Shown here: piece after piece, positions 7,603-15,955 of the stretch | How positions within the stretch are numbered: position 1 is the stretch's first letter | How the letters are laid out: every line of letters begins with the position of its first letter | Source of the DNA: a virus | Virus record (IMG/VR): IMGVR_UViG_3300019487_000009 | Coordinates: 1 to 45,470 of that record | Direction: 5' to 3' (one strand) | Length of the DNA stretch: 45,470 nt | Program-made: the position numbers and the translations under genes | The notes under the pieces: model-generated | What the model saw: only the letters and a program-made list of their open reading frames with translations | Told to the model about the DNA's origin: nothing | Database searches by the model: none

Positions 7603-8655
7603 ATGGCCTTTCCAACTTTTGTCGGGTTGGGGGCATTTGCGTCGAGTGCTGGGGCAATCACCCCAGTCCTACCGGCTGGTATCGCTACAAACGATCTGCT
7701 GCTGCTGTTTCTTGAGACCCATCAAGAAACTGCGACCGTACCCACTCCGAACGGCGGAACATGGACTCAGGCCCCAAGCAGTCCACAGGGAAGTGGCAGT
7801 TTTGGTGCAAATTCATCTGCCAGAATAACCGTTTTCTACTCGTTCTACAACGGAACCCAGGGAAATCCTACTACCAACGATCCTGGAGACCATATCTCCG
7901 GTCGCATCGCAGCATTCCGCGGTGTAAACCTTAACAATCCATTCAATACCTCAAGCGGTGGGGTAAACACCGATGTTGGCTCCACGACAACGGTTAATGG
8001 TGGAACCACCACCGTGGCCCAATGCCTTGTCATCGGATGTGGTGCCACCGAAGACGATGGAGACTCCATTGGGGCATGGACGGCCGGATCTGGACTTGCC
8101 AACTTCACCGAGATGTTCGAAAACATACATACGGCAGGTGACCAGGGACTAATAACTGCCTGGCGTGCCGAAAAAGCCACGGCCGGAGCATACGGAAATA
8201 GCACCGCAACCATGACTCCGAGCGGACAGAGACGAGCGTTTATGTCGCTGGCGCTAAATCCAGTCAATATCTCGGCCACCCTGGCGGTGACATTGGGAGG
8301 GGCCAGCCTTACGGCTAGTGCCACAGCTCTGTGCGCGGCCTCCTTGGGAGTAACCCTGTGGGGGATCAACCCAACCGCATCCGCCGCGGCACCGGCGTCC
8401 GCCTCGTTGGCTGTTACCTTGGAAGGCCTGACGATCCAGGCCGAGGCCCTGATCGGTCGGGATGCCGACCTGAGCGTTACCCTAGAGGGCCTGGTGTCCG
8501 ACTCGTCCGCGGTACACGAGCTCCTTGCCACAGCCAACATCACCCTGACCAAGCTTAAACTGAAAGCCAAGGCGCAGCACGTCCCGCCGGACTTCGTTGG
8601 CTCCGGGCAAGAGGTCAATCGGCATATGTGGATCGGCATGAGGTTTGGCTTCTAA
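7603..8655 (+). CDS. Fibre/appendage-like protein (350 aa) with five ~21-aa A-x-L-x-V-T-L-x-G repeats near the C-terminus
   Basis: Repeats ATLAVTLGGASL.., ASLGVTLWGINP.., ASLAVTLEGLTI.., ADLSVTLEGLVS.., ATANITLTKLKL.. at residues 225-325. Function inferred from composition and position. Confidence 0.4.
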   Translation: MAFPTFVGLGAFASSAGAITPVLPAGIATNDLLLLFLETHQETATVPTPNGGTWTQAPSSPQGSGSFGANSSARITVFYSFYNGTQGNPTTNDPGDHISGRIAAFRGVNLNNPFNTSSGGVNTDVGSTTTVNGGTTTVAQCLVIGCGATEDDGDSIGAWTAGSGLANFTEMFENIHTAGDQGLITAWRAEKATAGAYGNSTATMTPSGQRRAFMSLALNPVNISATLAVTLGGASLTASATALCAASLGVTLWGINPTASAAAPASASLAVTLEGLTIQAEALIGRDADLSVTLEGLVSDSSAVHELLATANITLTKLKLKAKAQHVPPDFVGSGQEVNRHMWIGMRFGF

Positions 8656-8739
8656 TGCCAGGTGGTTCAGTAGTTTAGGTAATTTTTGAGCATCCCCCGA
8701 CACGGGCCGTGATATGCTTCTTGTTGGGGGTGGAGTGAG

Positions 8740-9081
8740 ATGGGCGACACGACACTGGACGATCTCAGGGAAGAGATTAGCATCTGGCAGGCCGAGACGT
8801 TTACCCAATCCACAGCCCTTTCCGCAGCCAAGCACCTTCTCAGGGAGGCGCATGAATTGGTGTCTGAGATCGAGATTGGCCTTCCTTCTTGTACTGGGCC
8901 CCATTCTTCTGCCATGGAAGAATTGGCGGACATTTTCTTCCTTACGATCCAGGTAGAATCTCATCTCAAGCGAGGCCTACGGATGAATCTTCCGTCGATG
9001 GTGGACCGCAAGCTAAGGACGAACAAGGCAAGGACATGGCAGAAGCCAGATGCCGATGGGGTGGTCGAGCATGTTCGGTGA
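8740..9081 (+). CDS. MazG-like all-alpha nucleotide pyrophosphohydrolase (113 aa)
   Basis: W..ETF near the N-terminus, acidic metal-binding-like motifs LREAHELVSE and MEELADIFF, C-terminal KLRTNKARTWQKPDADGVVEHV. Matches my memory of phage dATP/dGTP pyrophosphohydrolase (DUF550/MazG-like) proteins. Confidence 0.5.
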   Translation: MGDTTLDDLREEISIWQAETFTQSTALSAAKHLLREAHELVSEIEIGLPSCTGPHSSAMEELADIFFLTIQVESHLKRGLRMNLPSMVDRKLRTNKARTWQKPDADGVVEHVR

Positions 9082-9440
9082 AGACCGAATCTTCGTATTG
9101 TGTGTGGAATGTGGGGCGTGGGTATTGGCTGCTGGTGGCTATTACCTGAACCATCCAAATCCAATAGGGTTTGATTGCATTGCCAGCGGGGCGGAGGTTC
9201 CATACGGCAAAAAGAAAGAAAAGAGCCCGACAGGGCGGGTACGGGGTTCGGATGGGCCTGAAGCACATTCGAGCGTTCCCGGCCACGATGATAGCCTGTG
9301 AAGGGTGCAGAGCTGAAGAAGACTTTGGTCTTGGGGTCGCGCCGGCCAGCTTCGAACCAGCCCGACTCCAGGATGGAAAGAATGAAGCTGCTCAATCGAG
9401 CAGTGGATCAGTTTGTTTGACAAGCACAGGGGGTGCATGA

Positions 9441-10322
9441 GTGGGTAGTCTTTTGACTGAGGCCGAACGAAAAGAGCTCTGGCTGGCGGAGCGCAGAAAG
9501 TACATCACCAGCACCGACGTTCCGATCCTATTCGGGGTTGGCTACTCGGGCTCGAGCCCGATCCGGCTCTACGGAGAGAAGCTGGGAATCATCCCGCCCG
9601 AGCCGGCGAGCCGCCGGATGCGCCTGGGCAGTGCATTCCAGGACGTCATCCTCTCCGAGCTCGAAATCGAGCGCGGCATTAAAGTCGAGCGGATGGATTC
9701 CTTCACCCTTTACCCCTCGATCCACGACGAGACATCTCACCTGGCCACAAGCCTGGACGGCCGGGCCGAGGACGGCCGGATCGTGGAAGCCAAGCTGCAT
9801 GGGGACTGGATCAGGGACTTGTCTGAAGTACCGCACGGCTGGCTCTTCCAGGTCCAGACTCAGCTCATGGTCACCCGGGCGCCGGGAGCGATCCTGGTCG
9901 TGCTCCAACGCGGAGTGGACCTGGCCGTCTTCGACATCCTGCCCGATCCAGAGCTACAGACGGAAATCCTGCTGAGATCCCGCGAGTTCTATCTCCGGAT
10001 CCAGGAGAAGAACCCGCCGCCCCCTACAGTGTCGGCAGACAACGAGGGCGTCACCCTACTCTACAAGTACGCCGGGGATGCTGCAAAGGGTCTGGTGCTC
10101 AACAACGACTACCTGCCCTTGCTCAGGCAACGGAAGGAACTGCTCGACCGAAAGAAGGAAGTTTACAACGATCTGGACCTGGTCGAGGCCAACATCAAGT
10201 TTGCCCTCGGCAGCGCAGAATCGGCGTGGATCGAAGACGCCGAGACCGTGAAGGTTTCCTGGAAAACGTCAAAGAACGGAGTCCGGCAACTTCGGGTGTA
10301 CGGGCTCAGCGGGGGTGAGTAA
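9441..10322 (+). CDS. YqaJ-type (lambda Exo-like, PD-(D/E)XK) recombination exonuclease
   Basis: ERRKYITSTDVPIL N-terminal motif, DG...IVEAK catalytic-like motif, QVQTQLMV helix. GTG start with SD aggggg. Followed by an annealing-ATPase gene. Confidence 0.7.
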   Translation: MGSLLTEAERKELWLAERRKYITSTDVPILFGVGYSGSSPIRLYGEKLGIIPPEPASRRMRLGSAFQDVILSELEIERGIKVERMDSFTLYPSIHDETSHLATSLDGRAEDGRIVEAKLHGDWIRDLSEVPHGWLFQVQTQLMVTRAPGAILVVLQRGVDLAVFDILPDPELQTEILLRSREFYLRIQEKNPPPPTVSADNEGVTLLYKYAGDAAKGLVLNNDYLPLLRQRKELLDRKKEVYNDLDLVEANIKFALGSAESAWIEDAETVKVSWKTSKNGVRQLRVYGLSGGE

Positions 10323-11305
10323 TGGGATTTGAAGTCAAGCCAGCAGAAAGAAAGAGGGTCCTGGCACGGGTGTCCTTCATAGGCCCGAGCGGCGGGGGAA
10401 AGACAATGTCCTCCCTGCGCTTCGGCCGCGGCCTCGTGGGCCACAAGGGGCAGATCATTCTGATCGACACTGAGGAAGGCTCGAGCCATATGTACGCCGG
10501 CCAGGCCGGCGGCTTCTCCGTCATCGAGTTCGGCCAGCCCTACACGATCGAGCGGTACATCGAGGCTCTGGACGCGGCCGAGGGGGCGTTCGAAGCCAGC
10601 CTCCCGGCCGACCAGCGCTTGGTGATCGTGGACCAGGCCTCTTACGCCTGGTCCGGTGAGGGGGGTCTGCTCCATTTCGTTGACTCGCAGACCACCAGCC
10701 GCGGCGGTAAGGAAGGGTTCGCTGCCTGGAAGAAGGGTACCCCCTTGCAGAACCGCTTCATCCAGAGGCTACTGGCCACAAGGGCGCATCTGTTCGTCAA
10801 CATGCGACAGAAGGTAGAGTGGGTCCTGGAGAAGAACGAGAAGGGGTTCACCGAGCCCAAGAAGGTGGGCCTGGCCCCCATCCAGCGGCCCGGATTCGAG
10901 TACGAGATGCAGCTCGAGTTCGCTCTCGACCAGGACACCCACAAGGCCAGGGCCACCAAGGACCGCACCTCCCTGTTCGATGGCCGGATCTTCATCCCCA
11001 GCGAGGCGGAAGGAAAGCAGCTACGTGACTTCCTGGCCAGCGGGGCTGGTGTGCTTCAGGATCCGCCTCCGGCTCCGGCCGCCCCGGTGGAGGTGATCTC
11101 GGCCGCCCAGTTGGGTGAGCTGATCTCGGCTGCGAAGTCAGGTGGGGTGACCAAGAAGGAGGACTTCCTGGCCCTAGTCAAGGACGAGACCGGACTGGAG
11201 CACCCGTCCAAGATGACGGTCCCGCAGTTCGAGGCCCTCTTGGGCAAGTTTGCCGGTCTCGCGGTCGTGATCCAAGAGCGGCGGGCATCTCATCTTGGAC
11301 GGTGA
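10322..11305 (+). CDS. Sak4-like RecA-fold ATPase (AAA_24-type single-strand annealing/recombination protein)
   Basis: Walker A GPSGGGKT, Walker B LVIVDQ, KDRTSLF motif typical of the AAA_24 family as I recall it. ATGA-type overlap with the exonuclease gene. Confidence 0.65.
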   Translation: MGFEVKPAERKRVLARVSFIGPSGGGKTMSSLRFGRGLVGHKGQIILIDTEEGSSHMYAGQAGGFSVIEFGQPYTIERYIEALDAAEGAFEASLPADQRLVIVDQASYAWSGEGGLLHFVDSQTTSRGGKEGFAAWKKGTPLQNRFIQRLLATRAHLFVNMRQKVEWVLEKNEKGFTEPKKVGLAPIQRPGFEYEMQLEFALDQDTHKARATKDRTSLFDGRIFIPSEAEGKQLRDFLASGAGVLQDPPPAPAAPVEVISAAQLGELISAAKSGGVTKKEDFLALVKDETGLEHPSKMTVPQFEALLGKFAGLAVVIQERRASHLGR

Positions 11306-11336
11306 TGGGACTTCGCACTGAATTGAGGTTACCTCT

Positions 11337-11627
11337 ATGAAACCGGGGGGGCAATACCGAAAGGGGGCAGCCGCGGAACGCCGGACCATCCGTCACTTCG
11401 AGGCCCTCGGGTACCGTGGCTTCCGGTTCGCCGGCAGCCACGGTGAGTTTGACGTGATACTGGTCAGTGAGAATCACGTTATCTTGGCTCAAATCAAGAG
11501 CGGTGACGCGACACCGACCGCCATTGAGATTGAGGCTATCAAGGAATTCAAGGTCCCAGACCAAGTCACGAAAATGGTAATACGATGGAAGAACCGCTCA
11601 AGAACCCCGGAAACGTTGGTCCTGTAG
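11337..11627 (+). CDS. Holliday-junction resolvase, archaeal Hjc-like PD-(D/E)XK nuclease (96 aa)
   Basis: GAAAERRTIRHFEALGY ... AGSHGEFDVILV ... LAQIKSG matches the G..ER...L...G...R...S.G..D.I...E/Q.K pattern. Confidence 0.55.
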   Translation: MKPGGQYRKGAAAERRTIRHFEALGYRGFRFAGSHGEFDVILVSENHVILAQIKSGDATPTAIEIEAIKEFKVPDQVTKMVIRWKNRSRTPETLVL

Positions 11628-11974
11628 GGCCCAGGGAATACCCGCGCCCCGCCACCATCCGCTCCATCCTGGCGGTGGACGAGGAAACGGAGCGGCGCAT
11701 CCGAAACGTGGCCCGAAAACTCGTCGAGGACCCGGTCCATCGGAAAAAGTGGCTCCAGGAAGAGCTCCTGACCCAGGCCGCCATCCTCGCATTCCGTGCC
11801 CGCAACTCCGAGAGCATCGACGAGATCACCAAGGCGGCCACCGCTTTCCAGCGCTTGGTCAGCGATATGGCCAAGAAGGCCCATGGCAAGAGCCACAAGG
11901 CCGGCGAAGGCACTGGCCCGGCCAATAATGATCCGCTCTCCCTGAAGGCGCCGCGGGGACCCGGCCCTGAATGA
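11585..11974 (+). CDS. Hypothetical protein; small terminase subunit candidate with ribbon-helix-helix-like N-terminal region
   Basis: Stop overlaps the TerL start (ATGA). IRSILAVDEETERRIRNVARKL looks like a strand-helix RHH element. The start codon is uncertain (43-nt overlap with the upstream gene). Confidence 0.35.
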   Translation: MEEPLKNPGNVGPVGPREYPRPATIRSILAVDEETERRIRNVARKLVEDPVHRKKWLQEELLTQAAILAFRARNSESIDEITKAATAFQRLVSDMAKKAHGKSHKAGEGTGPANNDPLSLKAPRGPGPE

Positions 11975-12705
11975 GTGGCCTGTGGGATGACGACGAGGAA
12001 GAGTCCAAGTCGGCTCGCAAGCTCGACTTGGAGATCACTCCGGCCCGGCGTCGATTCCTCGAGCAGTGCGAGGCCGAGCCTGGGATGTACATCTGGGGCA
12101 AAGACCCCGAGACTGGGATCTCCATCGTAAGAACTAGGGACGTTCACGACGAAGAGACCCCCATCAAGCCAATGCCCGATTGGGAGTACCTGAAATTTGT
12201 GCTCGGCCGGCTCAAGGACTCTAACCACAAGAAGAAGATCATCGACAAGCCCAGACAGCTCATGATCTCGTGGCTCTGCTTGCTTTGGCTGGACTGGACC
12301 AACCTCTTCAAGAATCACCGCCACTGCATGCTGAATAAGGCAAGCGAAGCCGAGGCGGACGACATGCTTTTCAGCCGCATGTCCGTCATCCACCAGAACC
12401 ATCCGGACTGGTTCAGGGCTTGGGCCCGGGTGAAGCACTGGCCCTCGGCGCACAAGATCAAGTACATGAGGACCGGATCTGTGACCACGGCCACGGGCGA
12501 GAACGTCCAGGACCGGGAGGCCCGCGGCGACCAGGCCAGCATCTTCTTGATAGACGAAGCGGCCCGGCATCCTTACCTGCGCGAAGTGGTGACCGCCATC
12601 ATTCCGATGGCGAACCAGGTCATCCTAGTCTCAACACCGGAGACAGGTTCGGCTGGGTCGCGCTACATGCACGAAATATTGACCGAGGGGGAGGAACTGT
12701 CTTGA
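11971..12705 (+). CDS. terL: Terminase large subunit, ATPase core only (244 aa; ends just after motif III)
   Basis: Walker A-like KPRQLMISW, Walker B IFLIDEAA, coupling motif LVSTPETG. The frame stops 19 codons after STP. Confidence 0.8.
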   Translation: MSGLWDDDEEESKSARKLDLEITPARRRFLEQCEAEPGMYIWGKDPETGISIVRTRDVHDEETPIKPMPDWEYLKFVLGRLKDSNHKKKIIDKPRQLMISWLCLLWLDWTNLFKNHRHCMLNKASEAEADDMLFSRMSVIHQNHPDWFRAWARVKHWPSAHKIKYMRTGSVTTATGENVQDREARGDQASIFLIDEAARHPYLREVVTAIIPMANQVILVSTPETGSAGSRYMHEILTEGEELS

Positions 12706-12905
12706 GTAAGTGTGACGATTGCGGCGAGGAACTGAGACCCGGGGCCTGGCCCTGGTGCGTAAGCTCCCGCAACCCGAAGGGCCACTCCACAGAAAAGAAT
12801 TACGGGTGGGCCTTCAAGCAAGGTCAGAATCAATCGCGCCGAGACGACTTTTTCCGGGAGCGAGGGACCGAGCCCTGGAAGGGCGTCGGAGATGTTACCA
12901 AATGA
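12702..12905 (+). CDS. Small Cys-containing protein (67 aa, CDDC ... WPWC) encoded between the two TerL pieces
   Basis: TTG start in a TTGA overlap with the TerL-N stop, preceded by the strong SD gggggagga. Stop overlaps the ATG of the TerL-C piece (ATGA). Confidence 0.55.
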   Translation: MSKCDDCGEELRPGAWPWCVSSRNPKGHSTEKNYGWAFKQGQNQSRRDDFFRERGTEPWKGVGDVTK

Positions 12906-14092
12906 GCCACTACAACCGGCCAGACGGCACTAAAATGACGAAGAAGTCGTCGTTCGAATTGCCTGTCGACGAGCGCGAGTCCTATCTCAAGTCGCTGCCA
13001 GCCGAGGCCGGCCGGACACAGGGATTCTCGAGCCGAGTCACTCCGCTCTCTCGTTGGGAAGTGATCTCTCTCGACTACTGGGCGGACCCCAGGAAAACTG
13101 CGGAGTGGGCCCTCGAGATGATTTCAACGATCGGGATGGCTCGGTACCAAAGAGAATTTCTGAGGAATTGGAAAGTTTCGACTCAGAGCCCGTTCTTCCC
13201 GGAGTACCTTGCCCGCGGAGGGGATGAGGCCTTCGTCCGAATCTTCAAGGCAGTGGGCAGTGTGACCCCCCTCGTGGCCGGACTCGACTTCGGACGGCGC
13301 AGGCCATCCTGTGTTGCGATGCAAGCGAACCCCCGCAAGACCCGCCTCTACGTCCTTAGAGAGTGGCTGCCGCAGAGCATAGGCGCCCGGGCCTTCTACC
13401 AGGTGGTGGCCTGGCTCTTCGGGGCCCTCGGCAAGGACAACATCGAGGCCGAAGGCCTGAAGCATATCCTGGACCTGGAGCGCGCCGCGGCGGAGGGCAA
13501 GGGGCCAAAGGTTCCGTGGTTCCACGGCCGTATCCCCTGGCAGCGGTTCGCCGGGTCGGAGGCGCTCAGGACACAGGAGCTAACCAGCGACACCGAGCAG
13601 CAACGGGTGCTGGACGTGTGGCAGGCGGCCGGTCATCCCCTGGGGGTGTGGGTCGAGTCGGTGGACGCTCGGGTCCTAATCATGCGTCACCTGCTGCGGC
13701 CTTGGCCGGCGAATAGCTCGCCTTACATCCTGATTGACAAGTGGTGCACGAACGTGAGGGCGGCCTTCTCGGGAGGGTACACCTTCGTCCGCCCAACGAA
13801 GCTAAACCCGGAGCCTAACAAGCCCCATAAGGACGGGTTTTACGACAACGTTATGGATGCGCTCATGTACGGAGCAGCGAACATCATAGACATCAAGCGC
13901 CCGGACTTGGGTGGGCCAGAGCCCAAGGTTGAGCTTGTCCCATCGGAAGAGAAAAAGGAAGATGTAAAGTCAAAAGGTACGTATTCGAGAGCGGAGCAAG
14001 TAGTCAAAAAGCCGGAATCGTTCTCCACGCCATTCGGCGAATTGGCGACCGAGCCCGGAGTGTACAATAGAGATGAGGGAGTGTGGTCATGA
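12902..14092 (+). CDS. terL: Terminase large subunit, ATPase lid plus RNase H-like nuclease domain (396 aa)
   Basis: WEVISLDYWADP...YQREFLRNW (lid region), VAGLDFGRRRPSCVAM (first catalytic Asp strand), KDGFYDNVMDALMY (last catalytic Asp). Internal ATG 12902 of ORF 12719..14092. Confidence 0.8.
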   Translation: MSHYNRPDGTKMTKKSSFELPVDERESYLKSLPAEAGRTQGFSSRVTPLSRWEVISLDYWADPRKTAEWALEMISTIGMARYQREFLRNWKVSTQSPFFPEYLARGGDEAFVRIFKAVGSVTPLVAGLDFGRRRPSCVAMQANPRKTRLYVLREWLPQSIGARAFYQVVAWLFGALGKDNIEAEGLKHILDLERAAAEGKGPKVPWFHGRIPWQRFAGSEALRTQELTSDTEQQRVLDVWQAAGHPLGVWVESVDARVLIMRHLLRPWPANSSPYILIDKWCTNVRAAFSGGYTFVRPTKLNPEPNKPHKDGFYDNVMDALMYGAANIIDIKRPDLGGPEPKVELVPSEEKKEDVKSKGTYSRAEQVVKKPESFSTPFGELATEPGVYNRDEGVWS

Positions 14093-14571
14093 GTCTGAGT
14101 CTCAATCAGGTGCAGATCGTCGGAAACGTCGGTAAGGATCCCGAGGTCAAGTACAACACGGCAGGAGATCCCATCGCCAGCTTCAGCGTGGCAGCCTCGG
14201 AGAAGTGGAAGGACAAGAGTGGCAAGGATCAGGAGCGCACGGAGTGGTTCAACGTGACCGCATTCGGCCCTCTCGCCAAGATCATCCAGGACATACTGAC
14301 CAAGGGTGCCCGCGTGTTCGTCCAGGGATCTCTCAGAACGGAAGAGTGGACCGACAAGGACGGGCAGAAGCGGCGCACCACGAAGGTGATCCTGTCGGGG
14401 CCGCGAGCGACGTTCCTGCTCTTGAGCCCGAAGAAGGACAAGCCGTCCGAGGCACAGGGGGATGGGGGCTTCCAAGCGACAGACGATGACGTGCCATTCG
14501 GCCTGACAGCCCTCATTCCGACCCTTCTTCCGCTGGCCGGGATGGCAACATTGATCGGGGGCCTGGCCTGA
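14089..14571 (+). CDS. ssb: Single-stranded DNA-binding protein with a hydrophobic extension after the acidic tip
   Basis: OB-fold N-terminus LNQVQIVGNVGKDPEVKY...TEWFNVTAFG. Canonical tip DDDVPF at residues 132-137, followed by GLTALIPTLLPLAGMATLIGGLA. ATGA overlap with the TerL stop. Confidence 0.85.
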   Translation: MSLSLNQVQIVGNVGKDPEVKYNTAGDPIASFSVAASEKWKDKSGKDQERTEWFNVTAFGPLAKIIQDILTKGARVFVQGSLRTEEWTDKDGQKRRTTKVILSGPRATFLLLSPKKDKPSEAQGDGGFQATDDDVPFGLTALIPTLLPLAGMATLIGGLA

Positions 14572-14614
14572 AGTGCTACCACGGCAGAGAGCACGCGCGA
14601 CTAAGGAGAAGAGC

Positions 14615-15403
14615 ATGAAGAAAGAATCAGGCCCAAGAACTCTGCTGCTGGACATTGAAACCTCCCCTAACGTAGTTTACTCATGGGGAGTTTACCAGGA
14701 AAACGCGCTCTCAGTTCAAAGCCACTGGTACCTTCTCAGCTTCGCGGCGAAGTGGAGGGGCGAAAAGAAGATCATCTACAGGGACCTCAGTAACTATCCG
14801 GGCTACAAGGGCGGAGACGGTAACGAGAGGCGGTTGCTCTCGGACGTGCACGAACTACTCGACAGGGCAGACATCGTCGTCGCCCACAACGGCGCCGATT
14901 TCGACGTGAGGAGGCTCAACGCCCGCTTCATCGCCAAAGGCTTTGCCCCACCGACCCCGTACGTAACAGTCGACACCAAGAGGGATCTGGCTCGGGTTGC
15001 AAGCTTCAGCTCCAACAGGTTGAACTGGCTCTCAAAGCAACTTGGAATTGGGCAAAAGACGATGGAGCATCAAGACATCGCCCTGTGGCTGGGCTGCATG
15101 GCCGGCGACAAGAAGTCTTGGGCCAAGATGAAGGCGTACAACATGAATGATGTAGTCCTACTGGAAGAGCTTTACAAGATACTGGCCCCGTGGATCAGGC
15201 AGCCAAACGCCAACCTCTGGTTCGTGGGGGTCGTTTGCCCCAATCCAGCATGCGGATCAAGGAATCTCGTGCGCCGTGGCCTGGCCCGCAGCAAGACACG
15301 GACTTACCAGCGGTTTCAGTGCAAGGAATGTGGGGCCTGGGGACGTTCGACCAAGTCAACCAGCTCAGTGACCATCACACCCATCGCGGGAAACATCGGG
15401 TAA
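14615..15403 (+). CDS. DnaQ-like 3'-5' exonuclease (RNase H-like fold) with C-terminal zinc ribbon
   Basis: Exo motifs LLDIETS, VAHNGADFDV, YNMNDV. C-terminal CPNPACGS...CKECGAW. Start at ATG 14615 behind SD taaggag. Confidence 0.7.
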   Translation: MKKESGPRTLLLDIETSPNVVYSWGVYQENALSVQSHWYLLSFAAKWRGEKKIIYRDLSNYPGYKGGDGNERRLLSDVHELLDRADIVVAHNGADFDVRRLNARFIAKGFAPPTPYVTVDTKRDLARVASFSSNRLNWLSKQLGIGQKTMEHQDIALWLGCMAGDKKSWAKMKAYNMNDVVLLEELYKILAPWIRQPNANLWFVGVVCPNPACGSRNLVRRGLARSKTRTYQRFQCKECGAWGRSTKSTSSVTITPIAGNIG

Positions 15404-15413
15404 TCTGCAAAGT

Positions 15414-15429
15414 GGCGGCTCCGGCCGCC
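15414..15429. terminator. GC hairpin between convergent operon ends (possible bidirectional terminator)
   Basis: ggcggc tccg gccgcc, 6-bp stem. No U-tract, so weak. Confidence 0.3.
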
Positions 15430-15439
15430 CCCACTCCTA

Positions 15440-15955
15440 TTACCTTACGACCATGTGCAGGCTTACCGAGCCGTCTTTGATCCGCTTGCCCCCCCTGCGA
15501 AGCTCTACTATGATCTGGTATTCACAGGACGATTCCGGGTCCGGGCATTGGGGCAGGTAGTATCGCCTGGGACTGAATTCCCTCGGGTACCCGTAGGCCA
15601 CACGCTCGTCCCACGCACATGGCGGAGTAATCAGTTGGCCCCCGGTGATCTTGGGAAGGCAATCCGATGGGACAGGGGGAACGGTGTGCCTGTCCGCGAA
15701 TGGGGGGCAGTCTGCCTCTTCCTTGGATTCGGTCCCGTTCGGGGCAATGAAGACCAGCTCCAGGCAGTAGTGGGACTCGGATTCGGGACCAGCGATTCCC
15801 GCATGCACCGTGAAAGCGGCGAACCATCCCCTAGAGATAGCTTGGGCGAGGGCAATTCGTGGCGAGACCCTCGCAACCAGGCGTGGCTTGCCGTCCGTAG
15901 GTGGCGGCCCTCCCGTCCAGCCCACAACCATCAGCAGCGCGAGTAAGGGAGTCAT
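15440..15955 (-). CDS. Secreted Cys-containing protein (171 aa); last gene of the leftward operon
   Basis: Hydrophobic N-terminus MTPLLALLMVVGWTGG; ATGA overlap with the upstream small ORF. Confidence 0.6.
   Translation of the reverse strand: MTPLLALLMVVGWTGGPPPTDGKPRLVARVSPRIALAQAISRGWFAAFTVHAGIAGPESESHYCLELVFIAPNGTESKEEADCPPFADRHTVPPVPSDCLPKITGGQLITPPCAWDERVAYGYPREFSPRRYYLPQCPDPESSCEYQIIVELRRGGKRIKDGSVSLHMVVR

Noticed and set aside
9417-9445. Perfect TTGACA at 9417 as the promoter for the recombination module
   Set aside because: No acceptable -10 lies 16-19 nt downstream (agtggg), and the GTG start at 9441 would fall inside the promoter.
12420-12905. The long listed ORFs 12420..12905 and 12719..14092 as written (161 aa and 457 aa)
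   Set aside because: Their 5' parts overlap the TerL ATPase frame or the small ORF and are Arg/Gly/Pro-rich. SD-supported internal starts at 12702 and 12902 give non-overlapping coupled cistrons.
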